Source of the DNA: Camelus dromedarius
Taxonomy: Eukaryota
Assembly: GCF_036321535.1 (NCBI RefSeq)
Contig: NC_087447.1
Location: forward strand, 51,400,001 to 51,464,000
Direction of reading: 5' to 3'
Length of the DNA stretch: 64,000 nucleotides
Shown: piece after piece, positions 1 to 13,500 of the stretch
Numbering within the stretch: position 1 is the first letter of the stretch
Layout: each line of letters opens with the position of its first letter
Notes under the pieces: model-generated
The model's input: the letters and a program-made list of their open reading frames with translations, nothing else
Databases searched by the model: none
What the model was told of the DNA's origin: nothing
Made by a program: the position numbers and the translations under genes

Positions 1-79
1 TAGTGGGTGTGGCTGTGTTCCAATAAAACTCGATTCACAAAATCCTTATTTACACAAACAGCTTGCTGACAACCGCTCT

Positions 80-570
80 ACATGACCCGGCCCTGTTGAC
101 CTTTCCACTTCATCCTGTACTATTCTTCCCCTCACTCATTCCCCTCCAACGACCCTGGTTTCCCTTCTGTCCCCTGAACATGTCAGGCACAAACTTTCCT
201 CAAGGCCTTCACATGTGTTGTTCCATCTGCCTGTATCCATCCTTCTTTCAGATAAATGTATGATGTACTCAACACTTTTTTTTCAGGTCTTTACTCAAAT
301 GTTGTCTTCTTAGTAAGACATTCCTTTGGTACCCTACCTGAAATTCCAACTACTCTCTCAACCCTCCTTTCTACTTTATTTTTCTCCACAACTTTTATCT
401 CCACCTAAAATATCAGATATTCTACTTATCATGTTTATTATCTCTCTTCCCCAAACTAAAGTAAGAGTTACATGAGGGAGTTATATGTTTTTGGCTATTT
501 TGCTCAATGTTCTATTTCCAGTGCCTAGGACAGTGACAAGTTCAGTAAGTATTTGTTTTTAATAGGTGAA
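80..570 (+). mobile_element. LINE-2 3' fragment (old), preceded at 1-75 by a MER58-like remnant
   Basis: L2-like phrases such as tcaggtctttactcaaatgttgtcttcttag and cagtgcctaggacagt...taagtatttgtt. Recognised by eye. Confidence 0.6.
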
Positions 571-1330
571 TTAACAAATTTATGTCTGTCTTTAATGACA
601 CATGAAGAGAAATACAAATTCAACCAGATGCTCACCTCCCGTCTTTAGCCTCCCACATCCAAACATTTTTTTCCCCTTTCTCTCCTGGCTTGGGCTCAAA
701 CTTAATTGACAAGGATCTATGAATGCAAATAATCTTCAAAACAGGTCATAAACAATGGAGAATTAAATATATAAAAAAGAAAGAGGGGAAGGTGAGGGTT
801 AGAATCATTTAAAATGAAATTGGAAAGAATTCTGGAATAACTACAAAGACTAAATGAATATCACAAATTCACACTTTAGAGCTTTTCCTGCACTTCTGGT
901 TTGGGACACAGTTAAAGCTATTAGGAAATAAAACAGTTAACCAACAGAAGCTCACTGTCAAGGTGGAGAGAGACAATAGGCACCTTTGGTATGAAACTGT
1001 TCGGCTATTCAAGGCACAGGACATTATTTCAAAATGAGGCCACCAATAACAAGAAAGTGAAAGAAATCTTGTTCAGATCACAACTTTCTGACATTATTCT
1101 AGTTTCAATGAAGAATTATTACAATGAAGACCTTAAAAATTAGTATCTTCTCAAGTATCAGTTATTTAAACTGTAATAGTGATCAGGCATAAAATAATGA
1201 GTTTTATCTCAAAGATATTATGGTTATTAAATTCCTAAGAAATGGTACAGAATCACAATCTGGAGCTCACTTTACAACTTCCACTTTTGCCTTGTCCAAA
1301 CTTCTACTCAATTGGAGAGCTAGTCCTTAC

Positions 1331-1519
1331 CTTCACTCTCTGAGCTGGAAAGCCTACGTTTGTGAACTCGTCTGATTTCTTTACCACGCCGTAAGCTCTT
1401 CTGGGAACCATCACTTTCTGAATCTTCTTTGTAGTTAATTTGTCTTTTCTGGTTCCTCCTTGACCGCCTTCGTCGAGTTTCTACAAAATCATCACTAAAA
1501 TCATCACTAAAGTCACTTT
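1331..1519 (-). CDS. RSF1: RSF1 coding exon (probably exon 15), 189 nt, [19 protein letters not shown]...LSSSESE
   Basis: Lies inside ORF 1320..1571. Acceptor poly-T-aacag|AAAG, donor AAG|gtaagg, phase 1/1. Confidence 0.95.
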
Positions 1520-4500
1520 CTGTTAAAAAAAAAAAAAAAGGGTGAGGGGAGGAAAAAGAAGTCAAGTACAAATTTTAATTCCACTAAATAGAAATGTAGT
1601 TAACCTAGATTAAAAAAATGTAAAGCTACTAAGCAGAGTTCAATCATAATAACTTTTAAGTGAATAGTAACTTTCATAAATCTTTAATTGTTCAATAATA
1701 TGAGTAAATCTGGGGCTTTAATGCCAAACCTCACAATGCATCCTGTTAGCAGTCAATCCCCAAGATTAAAAGATGTTTAACATAATCCTTTATCTCATTC
1801 AACCTAGAGCTCCCCAGTCGGCTGCATGGCTGCCACCACTGCTCTTCCTGGGAAGAGCCTCATGATAATCTGCTGTTCTGCCTCATGATAATCTGCTGCT
1901 CTATGTACGTGGCTGTTCGGTTATGGTCATCGCTTCACAATGTACCACAGAGGTTAAACTCTCTAACCACAGAAATTTGATGAACCTGTTTCAGATAAGT
2001 ATAGAACTGGAGTTGTATTTTTGGCTTTTTTCCATATGGAATTAAAATCTGCTCATTGTGGCACACAGGGCTACTGTAACTCTCGAAGTGCTGCTAACAG
2101 TGCTGTTCTTGTCATGTCATCTCCGATCAATAAACCAGAGTCAGACTATGGCATTGTGTCAGAGCAGCTTTTCAGGAGTGCTGACAAATTCTAATGAATC
2201 ATCATATCCTACTTTGTTTTCTAGTGGATTTCAAGTATTACAAAACAGCTAGCCAAAAGTTTATGGGGGTTCCCACTGGCCAAATATGGGACAAATTGAG
2301 TCTAACTGAAATAAGAATCCGTAAGTCCATACTGATACAAAGAAATAAATACACAGATAGGGGAGAAGAGAAAGTGCTTCCTCACAGAACACCATGTAAT
2401 AAGTGTAAGTATAAAAGGAATGATGGAGTTAGAACATCATCAATGAATGCTAAAACTAGTGGGAGAAACATCCGATAAGGAATAGGATATTTACAGTCTC
2501 AAAATAACTTCCCACGAATTACTTATTAATTACAAAGGGAAAATAAGAAGGAGAGACCTAGAGGACATACATTAGCTCTGGGATATTCCTGCCAAAAACC
2601 TCAATCTAATAACCATAAGGAAAAAGAAAAACCCAAATTGAGGTACATTTTTACAAAATAAGGAGTATGTATTCTTCAAAAATGCTAAGGTCAAAAAAGA
2701 CAAAGTTTGAGGAATATTCCAGATTAAAGGAGACTAAAGAGACATGAATAAATGCAATGTGTAATCCTAAACTGGATGCTGGACTAGGGAAAATAATTAT
2801 ATGAAAGATAAAATTGGGATACCTGATGAAATTTGAATGTATACTGCTGATTAGATAGTAGTATTTTTTCAGTGTTAAAATTTCTGATTTTGATATTGGA
2901 CTATGGTTATGTAAGAAAATGTCCTTGTTCTTAGGAAATAATCACTGATGAAGGGGCATGATGTCTCTACTTACTCAAAAGGTTTAGGAAAAAAGCTAAA
3001 TAAACAAAGCAAAAAAACTCTGTAAGCCTGGCCTGAGTTAAGGATGTAATACTCCTCAGCAAGACGACAGCTGCCTGCCTGCCAGTTCCACGGAGCACCG
3101 GTATCTGTGCCTCTCACTACTGATTTCGTTACAGTAACATCAACCACTGCTAATTTATGAAAACTAACAAATCACTGATCGTGATAGAAATAACTGGTGA
3201 CATCTGAGAAAAATGTTCTCAGCTTATTAAGAATGATTCCCAAAAAACACTGTGAAGGTAAAATCTAGGCATGGAAACACCTGGCATCAAAAGGATTCAT
3301 CACAATCCTTAATGAACTTGGTATGAAGTTAACATATCCATTTACATATCTTACATGAAAGATTTAGTCGGTGGTGAACTGTAAGAATAGAACTCAATAT
3401 TTTTATCAGAAAGCTTGTATTACAACTGAATGGAAATTTAAGAAATCTTAACTCCGGAAATCATAAAAATTTATTGACTTGGTGAGATGTGGACACAAAT
3501 TATTTTTACCAGAGTCTCTACTATTCTCCTCAGACTCCTCCTCTTCGTCATCATCAGAGTACTTTTTCTTTGGGGTCTTTCTCCGCAAACGCCTGCTCTG
3601 CCTCATCGGCCGGGAGGGATGTCGCCTTAGTCTCCGGCTACAGAAATCAGTGTCGCTGTCATCATTAGATGGCGGGTCTTCTTCACTTTCATCTGGGTTC
3701 TCATCGGATACAACAAACTCATCTTGAGATCTGTCCAAGAGAAACCAGATGAATTATAATAGTACACTTAAAACCATAAACCCATGTTTGAGTTCTGAGT
3801 TCAATTTTGAACAAGTCCAGTGAATCATTACACAATGTCTGATGTAAAATATCTAAATAATTGTATCAATTTCCCTGTTAATAAAATGAAGAGATGTTTT
3901 GCTACCTATCCTTTTTTAAGAAGTTATGAAGATGAACTGATGTTTATTTTTGTATATAAATTGCTTTGGCCTCTTGAGATATTCCCCATGTACTTTAAAT
4001 TCAACATGCCCCAACGCAAACTCATTATTTCCTAACCTACCTCTCTTCTTTTCCCTAAGCTGGTATTTGGTACCAACACCGATCCAGTAACTCAAAGGAG
4101 AAACTTGGTATTTATCCTGATTTCTCTCTCTCTTTCTCACATCTGATCAATTACTAATTCCTCCTAAGTCTACTTCTTACAGACAATGTCTCAAACCCGT
4201 CCCTCTTCTCTGTTCAGGCTCTCATCTCCCATCTCAACTACTACAGCAATTCCTTGAAGTCTCTCTAATCTCTAGACTCATTTCCCCTCAACATATCCTC
4301 CCAATGAATGCCAGGATGAACCCTTCTGAAACATAAAACTCCTATTAGTCTGGTGTTTAAAAACCCTTTAGTGGGTTTTCATCATCTTCAGGATAGAGTC
4401 CAAATTCCTATGCATGACAAACAAAACACTCCATCATCTGGTTCCTTTTTATGTCCTGGCCACATCTCCAGCAGGGCACTCTCTGCTTTCTCCTCCATTC

Positions 4501-7500
4501 TTGCTATCGTGACACACCAGGAGTTTCCTAAATATCCCATAATATTTTTATGCCTTGCTGCCTTGGATACATGACTTTTCAGCTTAGAATACTTTCTTTC
4601 CTCATACTGCTTCTAATCCCAAATTCATCAATCTGTTCAATTCATTCTTCAAATTGCAGATCAAGCTTTATTTCCACTCTGAGGCTTTCCTTGACCTTCC
4701 TAGATTGATCTGACTCTCCTCCATACAGACTTTTTTTTTAAATTTATATGTACTTATTTATATATATTTAAAAGTTAGTATGTATTTATTTATACATACT
4801 CTGACTTATGCTTTACCTGTATTTTAGTAGCAATAATGCAGAATGATTTTTTGTGGTTTAAATGTTTCCTCCATTAACAATGTGAGAGGAGAAACTCTGC
4901 AGTATTGTTTCGATAGCTGCTCTGCAGGGAAGACTTTTCTGATCATCCATACTGAATTACCTGCCCCAACGCAAACCCCCTGTGGTCACCAGAGAACAGT
5001 TTCTAGTTACTTGTTCTTCTCCATTTTTCATATTTGACTGGGAACCTCTCATGGTCATGGTGGCAGAAGGGGGCACAGAGGGCACAGAGGTACACAACAA
5101 ATGAATGCTCAATTACAGTTCATGAAATTTAAATACAATCTTGAATATTAAATAAACAACCTACTTTGTTTTAATCTAAAAAGAACAAAAATCAGCATCC
5201 TTGAATCTGTTTTAATATCTGGACAATAAAGAGATTGCCTATGTGCAATCACAAGAGCCCCATCACAGCAGGGCCAAGCTTCTCTACCAGCCCTGTTCAA
5301 GCCTGGATCTAGGGAACAGGTTCTACTGACAGACCACATACCCATCACTGATCTTGAATTCATCCTCACTCTCTTCTTCATCCAGGTTACTGTCACTGTC
5401 CAGGTCATTTAGTCGCCGGCGTTTCTTCCGGCGAGCAGCAGCTGCCCTCTGGGGTCGTTTATTTTCTTTCCTCTCTTCATCCAAAATAGTAGAGATGTCT
5501 TTTCCACGGTGGCCTGTAATGGTGGAGATATCTTTTCCTCGGCCAACACCTGAGTTTAGGGGCAGGAGGGTGGGGGTGACGGAAAGAGAGGGAAGGAGAG
5601 AGAAAGACAACTGTGTATTTATTAAAAGCTTCCCTTTAATATTTACATATTGTACTTAATCATGCTTAATAGCTTTTCTTTGGATTTCTTCATTTTCTTC
5701 CTACAAATATGCAATTTTCTCACAACTTTAGCTGACAGAGTTCCCAAGTAGAGGTTTACCCTACTAAATAGAAGTTCACTGTGAGGAGAACTTCTTTTAA
5801 AAAATATTTTAATACAATTCACATACCATGATATTCACCCTTCTAAAGTATATAATTCAGAGGTTTTTAGTATAGTCACAAAGTTGTGCAACCGTCACCA
5901 CCAATTCCAGAGCCCTTTCATCACCCCAAAAAGGAACCTCATACCTATTAGCAGTCACTCAAGAATCTCTTCTTGAAAGCTGTCTTTTGGAGACGGCTTT
6001 AGAAAGAGGCCAATCCATTTTTTTTTTTTTAAACTATGTTTGCAGGATAGAAAAAGTGAGAATTCAGCAGTAAAGATGTAAATAAGGCATACATGTCTGG
6101 AAAAGCTAGTGACCTCTTCAGTTCCACTACAATAGCCTACTTATTACGAATCCTTTCTAGAGCTTTCGTAATAACTACACAGAAATCACAATGCTCCACA
6201 CTGCAGCACTGGTAATTGCCCACACAGCTCTTTAATTAAATTACCTTCAAATTCTATTTTAATGTTGCCTGTTAGAGACTATGAAATTAATAAATGATTT
6301 TTAAAAGGTTAACTGAAAACAATCATTTATATTCTGATCATCCATAATTTTTGAGACTTTGTAGCAGTAGTAATCTAAAAATGGAAAGACAAAAGCAAAG
6401 TTTCACTCAGTTTTCTGTTTGGAAACAGAAGTAAATTTGAAGGAGGGGGTAATTTGACTGATTGATTGATTATTTAATAGAGGTGCTGGGGAATGAACCC
6501 AGGACTCTGTGCATGCTAAGCATGCACTCTACGACTGAGCTGTACCCTCCCAACCCGCCTCAGAAGTACATTTTTTAATCTGAAGAGGAACATTTATGTT
6601 TTATATCAGATCATAAAACAAACTACTTTTTAAAAAATTAGTAAGATCTCAGTCTACACACTGACACTGTGTCCACAGATGATTTTGAATTTCAGCCATT
6701 TAAGATCAGTAGTGACTGTGATACATACCAAGGGGAATATGAAAATATGCTTGCTCACTGCTCTAACCAGGGCACTTTAGTTGACATACTGACCAAGTTG
6801 AAGAAGAATGATAAACACATACCTCCTCCATCAGCCTCTTTGATATCATCTTCTATAGCTTCATCAATTGCTTCATCAAACTCATCAAATCTAAAATATA
6901 TACAACAATCACATTAGAGCCTGTCCTGGCATAAGGGTTAGGAGATTTGTCTCTGAAGTAAAAAGGGCCTGAATGTGAAACTTCTCTACTGCTTTGGAGC
7001 TGTGGGGCTTGGGCCACATCACCTGGCTCCTTATAACCTCAATTTCTTTGGTAAGATAGGGTTTTGTAAGTCAGTATCTAAGTTGTTGTTTTTCATTTTC
7101 AAAGATCATCTATACCGGGCATCAGGAAACATTTTTGTAAAGGGCCAGACAGTAAATACTCTAGGCTTTGCAAACTGTACAGTCTCTTGTAACTACCCAG
7201 CTCTGCCACTGTGGTGCCAAGTCAGCCAGACAATATAATGAATGAACTCAGCTGTGTTCCACGGTAACTGTATTTAAAAGACACTGTGGTTTGAATTTCA
7301 TGTAATTTTCTCCTTCTGGTTCTTTTTTTCAACCACTTATAAATGTAAAAACCACTCCTAGGTCACATGCTATACATAAACTGGCAGTGAGTTGGACTGG
7401 CCCACAGGCCATAGTTTGCCAACCCCTGATTACACAAATCACAGGACAAAGTAAGCTGAACAAAATTAGTGTTCTAGAATAGAAATAATACTAAGTGTGA

Positions 7501-10500
7501 GGAATATATTATTATTATTAGAGATTATATTATTACTACTGAAACTCACACAGATGGCCAGAATTATAGAAGTAGGTAAACGTACTTTTTCTTACAAGAG
7601 ATATTTCCTCCAACTTAACAGAAAAGATCAAGACTCGATAATCCCTAAGATTTCTTCACTTACAAAAGTCCTTTCACTTTAGGACTGAGGTAATCAAAGG
7701 ATAACCTCAAAGTGACTTGTGGAAGACAATGCTAAATATGGTAATTACTAGCTACATGTGGGTATTTATATTTAAATTAATTAAAATGAAAAATTCTGTT
7801 CCTCACTAGCCATATTTCAGGTGCTCAACAGTGACACATGGCTACTGACTCCCATACTGGACAGCAAAGAAACAGAACATTTTCATAACCAGTAAATTCT
7901 ATTGGATGGATAGCGTTAGCAGGGCATAAAGAAATGAATCACACAACACATTTTATGGCAAAGAACACAGTTTATAGTAAATTCTTATACTACTGTTATA
8001 TAATTTTAAGGCTAAAGGGATCATCTGGGTTAGTCCACCATCATAGGTGTGGCAACCAAGACCCAGGGCAATGGACTGACCACTCAAATCAGTGGCATGG
8101 TGAGGACTATAATCTTAAGTCTTCTGGTCCCCAATACAATGCTCTTTCTAGTCAACTCTGATGTCATCCTCTTTTAGGTGCAGTAAGAAAGTGATAAACA
8201 ATTATTAAATGATAGTAATGATAAAATCTTGGGGGAGTTGGTCCTTTTTCTGTGTTGATACTTTATTAAGTGCTTTACACTTTATACTCGTAACAGTTCT
8301 GCTGCACCCCACCTACAAAGTGAACTCTAGGTGTATTTAGAGCTTAAATCTGAACAATCAAACTTTAAAAAAATTAGAGAAAGCATATGAAGGATCCCAT
8401 GAAATTTCTTTAAAAAGTACTAAGAAGCAGAAGGAATTAATGAAAAGTGACGAGAGACATACAAATGCCCAACAAGCATATGAAAAGATACTCAACATCA
8501 TCAGCCATCAAGGAAATGCAAATCAAAACCATAAGACATCACCTCACATCTGCTAGGATGGCCACCATGAAAAAGACAAAAGCAAACAAGTGTTGGCAAG
8601 GATGTGGAGAACCCAGCAACTCTGTACCACTGTTGGTGGGAATGCAAAATGGTGCAGCTGTCAGGGACAAAGTATGGAGGTTCCTCGAAAAAACCCAAAA
8701 TACAACTACCGTATGATCCAGTAATCCCACTTCTGGGTATATATCCAAGATGAAATGCTAATAAAACAAATCTCTGCTTCCTTTAATAACCACAATTACA
8801 TCAGGATTGAAAGACAATGCAGTTCTATAATCCTTGTTCTGATAATGTAAATTTGTTCCAACATGACTGATATTTAGGAAGTAATTCAAGCATAACATGC
8901 ATTTCATACTTGCTCATATTTAATTCCATTTGTGAGAAATACTAGGTAAATGTAGAAAACTACACTTAGCTGCTTAGGAATATTCAAAATGCAGAATGAA
9001 CACACCTTATAAACATCTACTGGCTCCTAAGCCCATCTCATGTGTGTTATTAGCCATAGCCTTCTGCATCTGGTGTTATTATCTTTCTGGCTGATTTCAA
9101 ATAGGCCCCCTTTTACCACTACACAATAAATTACAAAATGCAACTATTCTCACAAACACTTCTACAGACAAACTCCAGGGCTGTTTTCAACATAAAATGT
9201 CCTATTTATTGTAGTATTGATGTTATTTCTTTTAACGTGTCAAATAGTACCACCATTCTGATTAGATTCTTTTTTTTTTTAAACATGTGACTAATGAAGT
9301 TTTTGAATATGTGGCCGTAACTCCCTATTCCCCATAATCCCTATGGTTTTTATTATGTGACTTTGTACAGCATGGCAATTTTTAGGAATACATTCATTGT
9401 GTTAGAGTAGAATTAACACTTAGACTTCCTGTCAGTAGGTTTTGACTTCATTAGTTATAATGCTTTTATATAAAATGGTACTTTTCCTTTTTCAAGGATT
9501 TTTTTTCTTCTTAAAGAATAAAATGGACACCATTCCTACATGTATTAAGGATTTTCCTCTTACTGATCCTGCTGCATTTTATAAAATTTTAACAGTAACA
9601 ACAGCAAACTACATAAGGGGAACTCTTCCCTGATCACTGATGAAAGTTTATAAATAGGAAGCAAGCTCAGTCTTATAAAATCAACTTTGTTTTTCATCTC
9701 CACTTATTCAAGTTAAAAGATTTTGAAGTTGTCTAACAATGGTCTAAAATAATTAAAATATCAATTATTTATTATTTGAGTGAGACAGGCTGATTTAGTG
9801 GAAAGAACACTAGACTAGCAAACAATCAGAAGATAAGGTTAGAGTCTAGGTTTAATTACTAACAGAGTGACCATGGAAGAATTTTTCTCTCTCTCTGGCA
9901 TTTCTGGTGGCAGACGGTACTGTATTTATATTTATTGATTCTTTCAGTAGGCAATGATGAAGCACTATGCTAGCTGTCAAGAACAGAGGGATGCATAACA
10001 CAGATATGGTACTTACCTTCATGGTAACAGTACAGTGGGGGAGAGAAATATTAATCAAATAATTAAAATCACAATCATTACAACTGTGGTAAGTACTTTC
10101 AAGAGAAGAACTCGTTGCTATGAGGGGATATAACAGAGTGATCTGATCAAGAGAAGGTTGTTAACAATGTAAAAAATGGGAGAGAAATTCTAGGCAGAAG
10201 AAACAGCATGTGCAAAGGGACTGAAAGAAGACAGTGTGGCTACGCTAGGAGTAAGGGAAAATGTGGATGAGATGGAGCTGAAAAGCTGAGTACAGGGCAG
10301 GCTATGCAGTGCCAGTGGGCCTTCTTAAAAGCACACGTCCTTGCTCCAAGAAACTGGGCAAAGTATGTTAAACAGAAGAGGATAACATGAAGAAATTTAC
10401 ATTTGGGAAGGATGAGGCTGGCTGCTCTACAATTCTAAAGAAGGTAAATAAGAAATATATGTACAACTTCTAATAATCACTGTGATGGAAAAGAATATAC

Positions 10501-13500
10501 ATCAGAGTTAGCTTGTTTTAAAAACATTTTCCACTCTTTTATTGTAGCCATTTCTACAGATTCCATACCTATAACTTATACATTTCCGTGTTCTTGTTGA
10601 CCTTCTTTCAAGTAAGTTTGCTTTGGATTTTTTGGAATCTTTTTTCTTTTCTTCATGATCTTCAGAAAAATCTGGCTCCTGGTTTAAAAATATGATAATA
10701 AATATACAGGTTTTTACTCATAACAGAACAAAGTTCCTTGGCTTTCTAATGTCCGCCTAGGTAGTACATGTAAATGGTTTAAAAAAGTGAGAAGATCCCC
10801 CTCAAACTGAATAAACAGGGCAACACTAAGTACAGAGATTAAAAAGAATACTGGTAATCGAAGGATGAAACACTCTGTATTAACTTACGCTTCTGTGAGT
10901 TTATAATTACCCCCTTTAAAAACAATCACAATGAAGTTTATCCACTGATAATATGCTGAGTAAATGAAATAATGGATTTAGAGGAAGAAAGTGGCAGGAG
11001 GCTGGAAAAAATAACTAATCAAGACAGGCTATTTCAGTGTGTGATTTAAATAGGCCTGAATGAAACTATGTATAAAACTAAGAAAATTTCAAGTGGAAAT
11101 CATGTTACATATACTTTCACTCATGATATAGATTTCTTAATTACAAATTAGACTAATAAATGCAAAACAATGACACCTCTTCAAAGAAACCAAGCTGTAA
11201 GAACACAAATTGAAGTTTCTGATAACCCCAGAAGCAGGGAATTAAAAAACAAATCTCTCTGAACTATTCTTTAATCACTTTACATAAACAGCACATAAAG
11301 AAGCTAAAAACAAATTACCCAACTTAGGGTAAAAACACAAAAGAACATAAACCTCATAGGGGTGAGCTATAAACTTGGTTCAGATGTGGTATTACATTTT
11401 GGGGCTATCTGCATACACATAACTTTAATCATGGGGGATTAGGGTAACTTCTTTAAGGTACTAAGTTTTCATTTTTAATCAAACAGGTACACTATACACT
11501 TAAAATAACTTACATAAAATGAGTTAAATTTTAGAACAATTTTGGCAGTCTCTTCTTTAAAAACACAACAAACCAGAAACTTACTTGTGGAGGAATGATG
11601 TTTTCAATGCTGATACCCACATACACCAAGCGTTCTTTCCTTTAAGTGAAAAACAAGCACATAAAGAAATGAGATTTACTGAAAGTAAAATTGTTACAAA
11701 AACATTACTAACACAGATAATACTAAAATTATGATTTCATGGTAACAGCAGAGCCTAGATCACAGACATGTTAGTTATTATCTATAAAATTTATAGTATT
11801 GGTATCAGTTGGTGGCAGGCACACAACTTCCCTAAGATATGAAAATTGCAGCTTTAGAAGTGACTTATACCAGTGAAATAAAACCTGTAAGTGAATTAGG
11901 AAAAGAAATACGATGAAAAGAGTCATGCTGCAAGTCACTGACAAAGCGATTAGATGGAAAGCCAACTCTGGGTAACTTAGATCTTTGTTATGCTGAAAGT
12001 TCTTCTAATACTGTGTGTGAATGACTCTGAGACCATTCACTTCTTGTTTGCAGAAAAAAAAAAACAGCAATGCAGCCATTCAGCTCTGCACTCTAGGATG
12101 CTTACAACAAAGATAATCTTCAGAGCCAGTTAATAATTCTCCAGGAAATGTGGATTTATGAGCACTAATGACATCTCCAGAGTTTCATTTCAAAGAAACA
12201 AACCTTTGCTGATTTTAATTCAACAAATTTTATACAACAGCAGCTTTCTCTGGTTCTCCCAAAGTTAATTTAATTCACCAAGGACAGCTGAGCTCTTATA
12301 TACATGCCAGTGTATGTTCAACTGAACAGAAATAATAACCACCACTCCTCCCTTTATTTGTGATGCCCCACACAGGACATTAATGACCAAGGTGAATGGT
12401 CCTATAGAATACAGCCTTAACCGCTTTAAAAACCTGGGGCCCTGCTAAGAATAATCTAATGGTCTTTTCAGAGAAGGGTTATGACGCTGTCAAGTAAAAG
12501 CTGGTGTGTAAGAAAATGGCAGTTATTTAAATCAAAACCTGATTAAAAAATGGTACAGTTAATGAACTACAAACTAGGAAAGGCAAGAACAGTACCAGTG
12601 GTAATTAACAAGGAAGGCTTCATGGATAAGTCAGAACTTGAGCTCTTTGTTATTAAATATGTTTGACATGTCTCTCTTTACCTTCACCAAGTTTACTGTG
12701 ATATCAGTTTCCTTTTTTACCTCAAAATCTTTCACTTGACCATTACTTCTCTTCTCAGCTCAGCTCAAAAAATAGTCATGTTTCATATTAGGTCATAATT
12801 TTTGTCAGGCTTGGAAATCCAAAGGTAAATAAGACATGGTTCTTGCCCTCACAATTATTTAACAACTGACTGTAGCCTATTATGAACAAGTATAATGTAG
12901 ACATGAAAATGGAATAGATTTTGTCTGAAAAGCTGGGAAATTTGGGAAGGCTTTAAATAGGTGGTGATATCTGAGTAAGATCTTGAAAGTAAGTATGATC
13001 CCTCATCAAAGCATTCTCTTGCTCAGTAATCTTATGGAAAGTCACATCTTCCATTCCATCTCATTACTTAGCTCAATGATCATACTGGGCCCAGACCTTA
13101 TTATTACCAACAACCACATCCCTTCTAAAATTTCTATTTCAAGGATCCTATTCTCTGACTTCTACTTCCAGCTCACTCCCTCTGGTACACTTACTTTAAC
13201 AATTCTCTGACTCCAGTGGGACCTCTACCCACTGACCCTACCCTCTTTTCACTGTCCGTCACTCCCTTCATGTCCTTACTTTCCCCCTTACCTGGCTTAG
13301 ACTCTATGGGCCATCATTATTAAATACTCCTTTGCATACACTCTCAAATTCCTTGTCTCCTTCTCTCCATCCTCTGTTATATTCCAACCCTGATTAAATC
13401 CAACTCTGCTAACAAAGCACTAGTAATAGTACTCTGGAAGTACAGTACAAGTCCTGGAAGGGGTGTTTATAAATTAAATGTTGAATGGACCTCTGAATCA

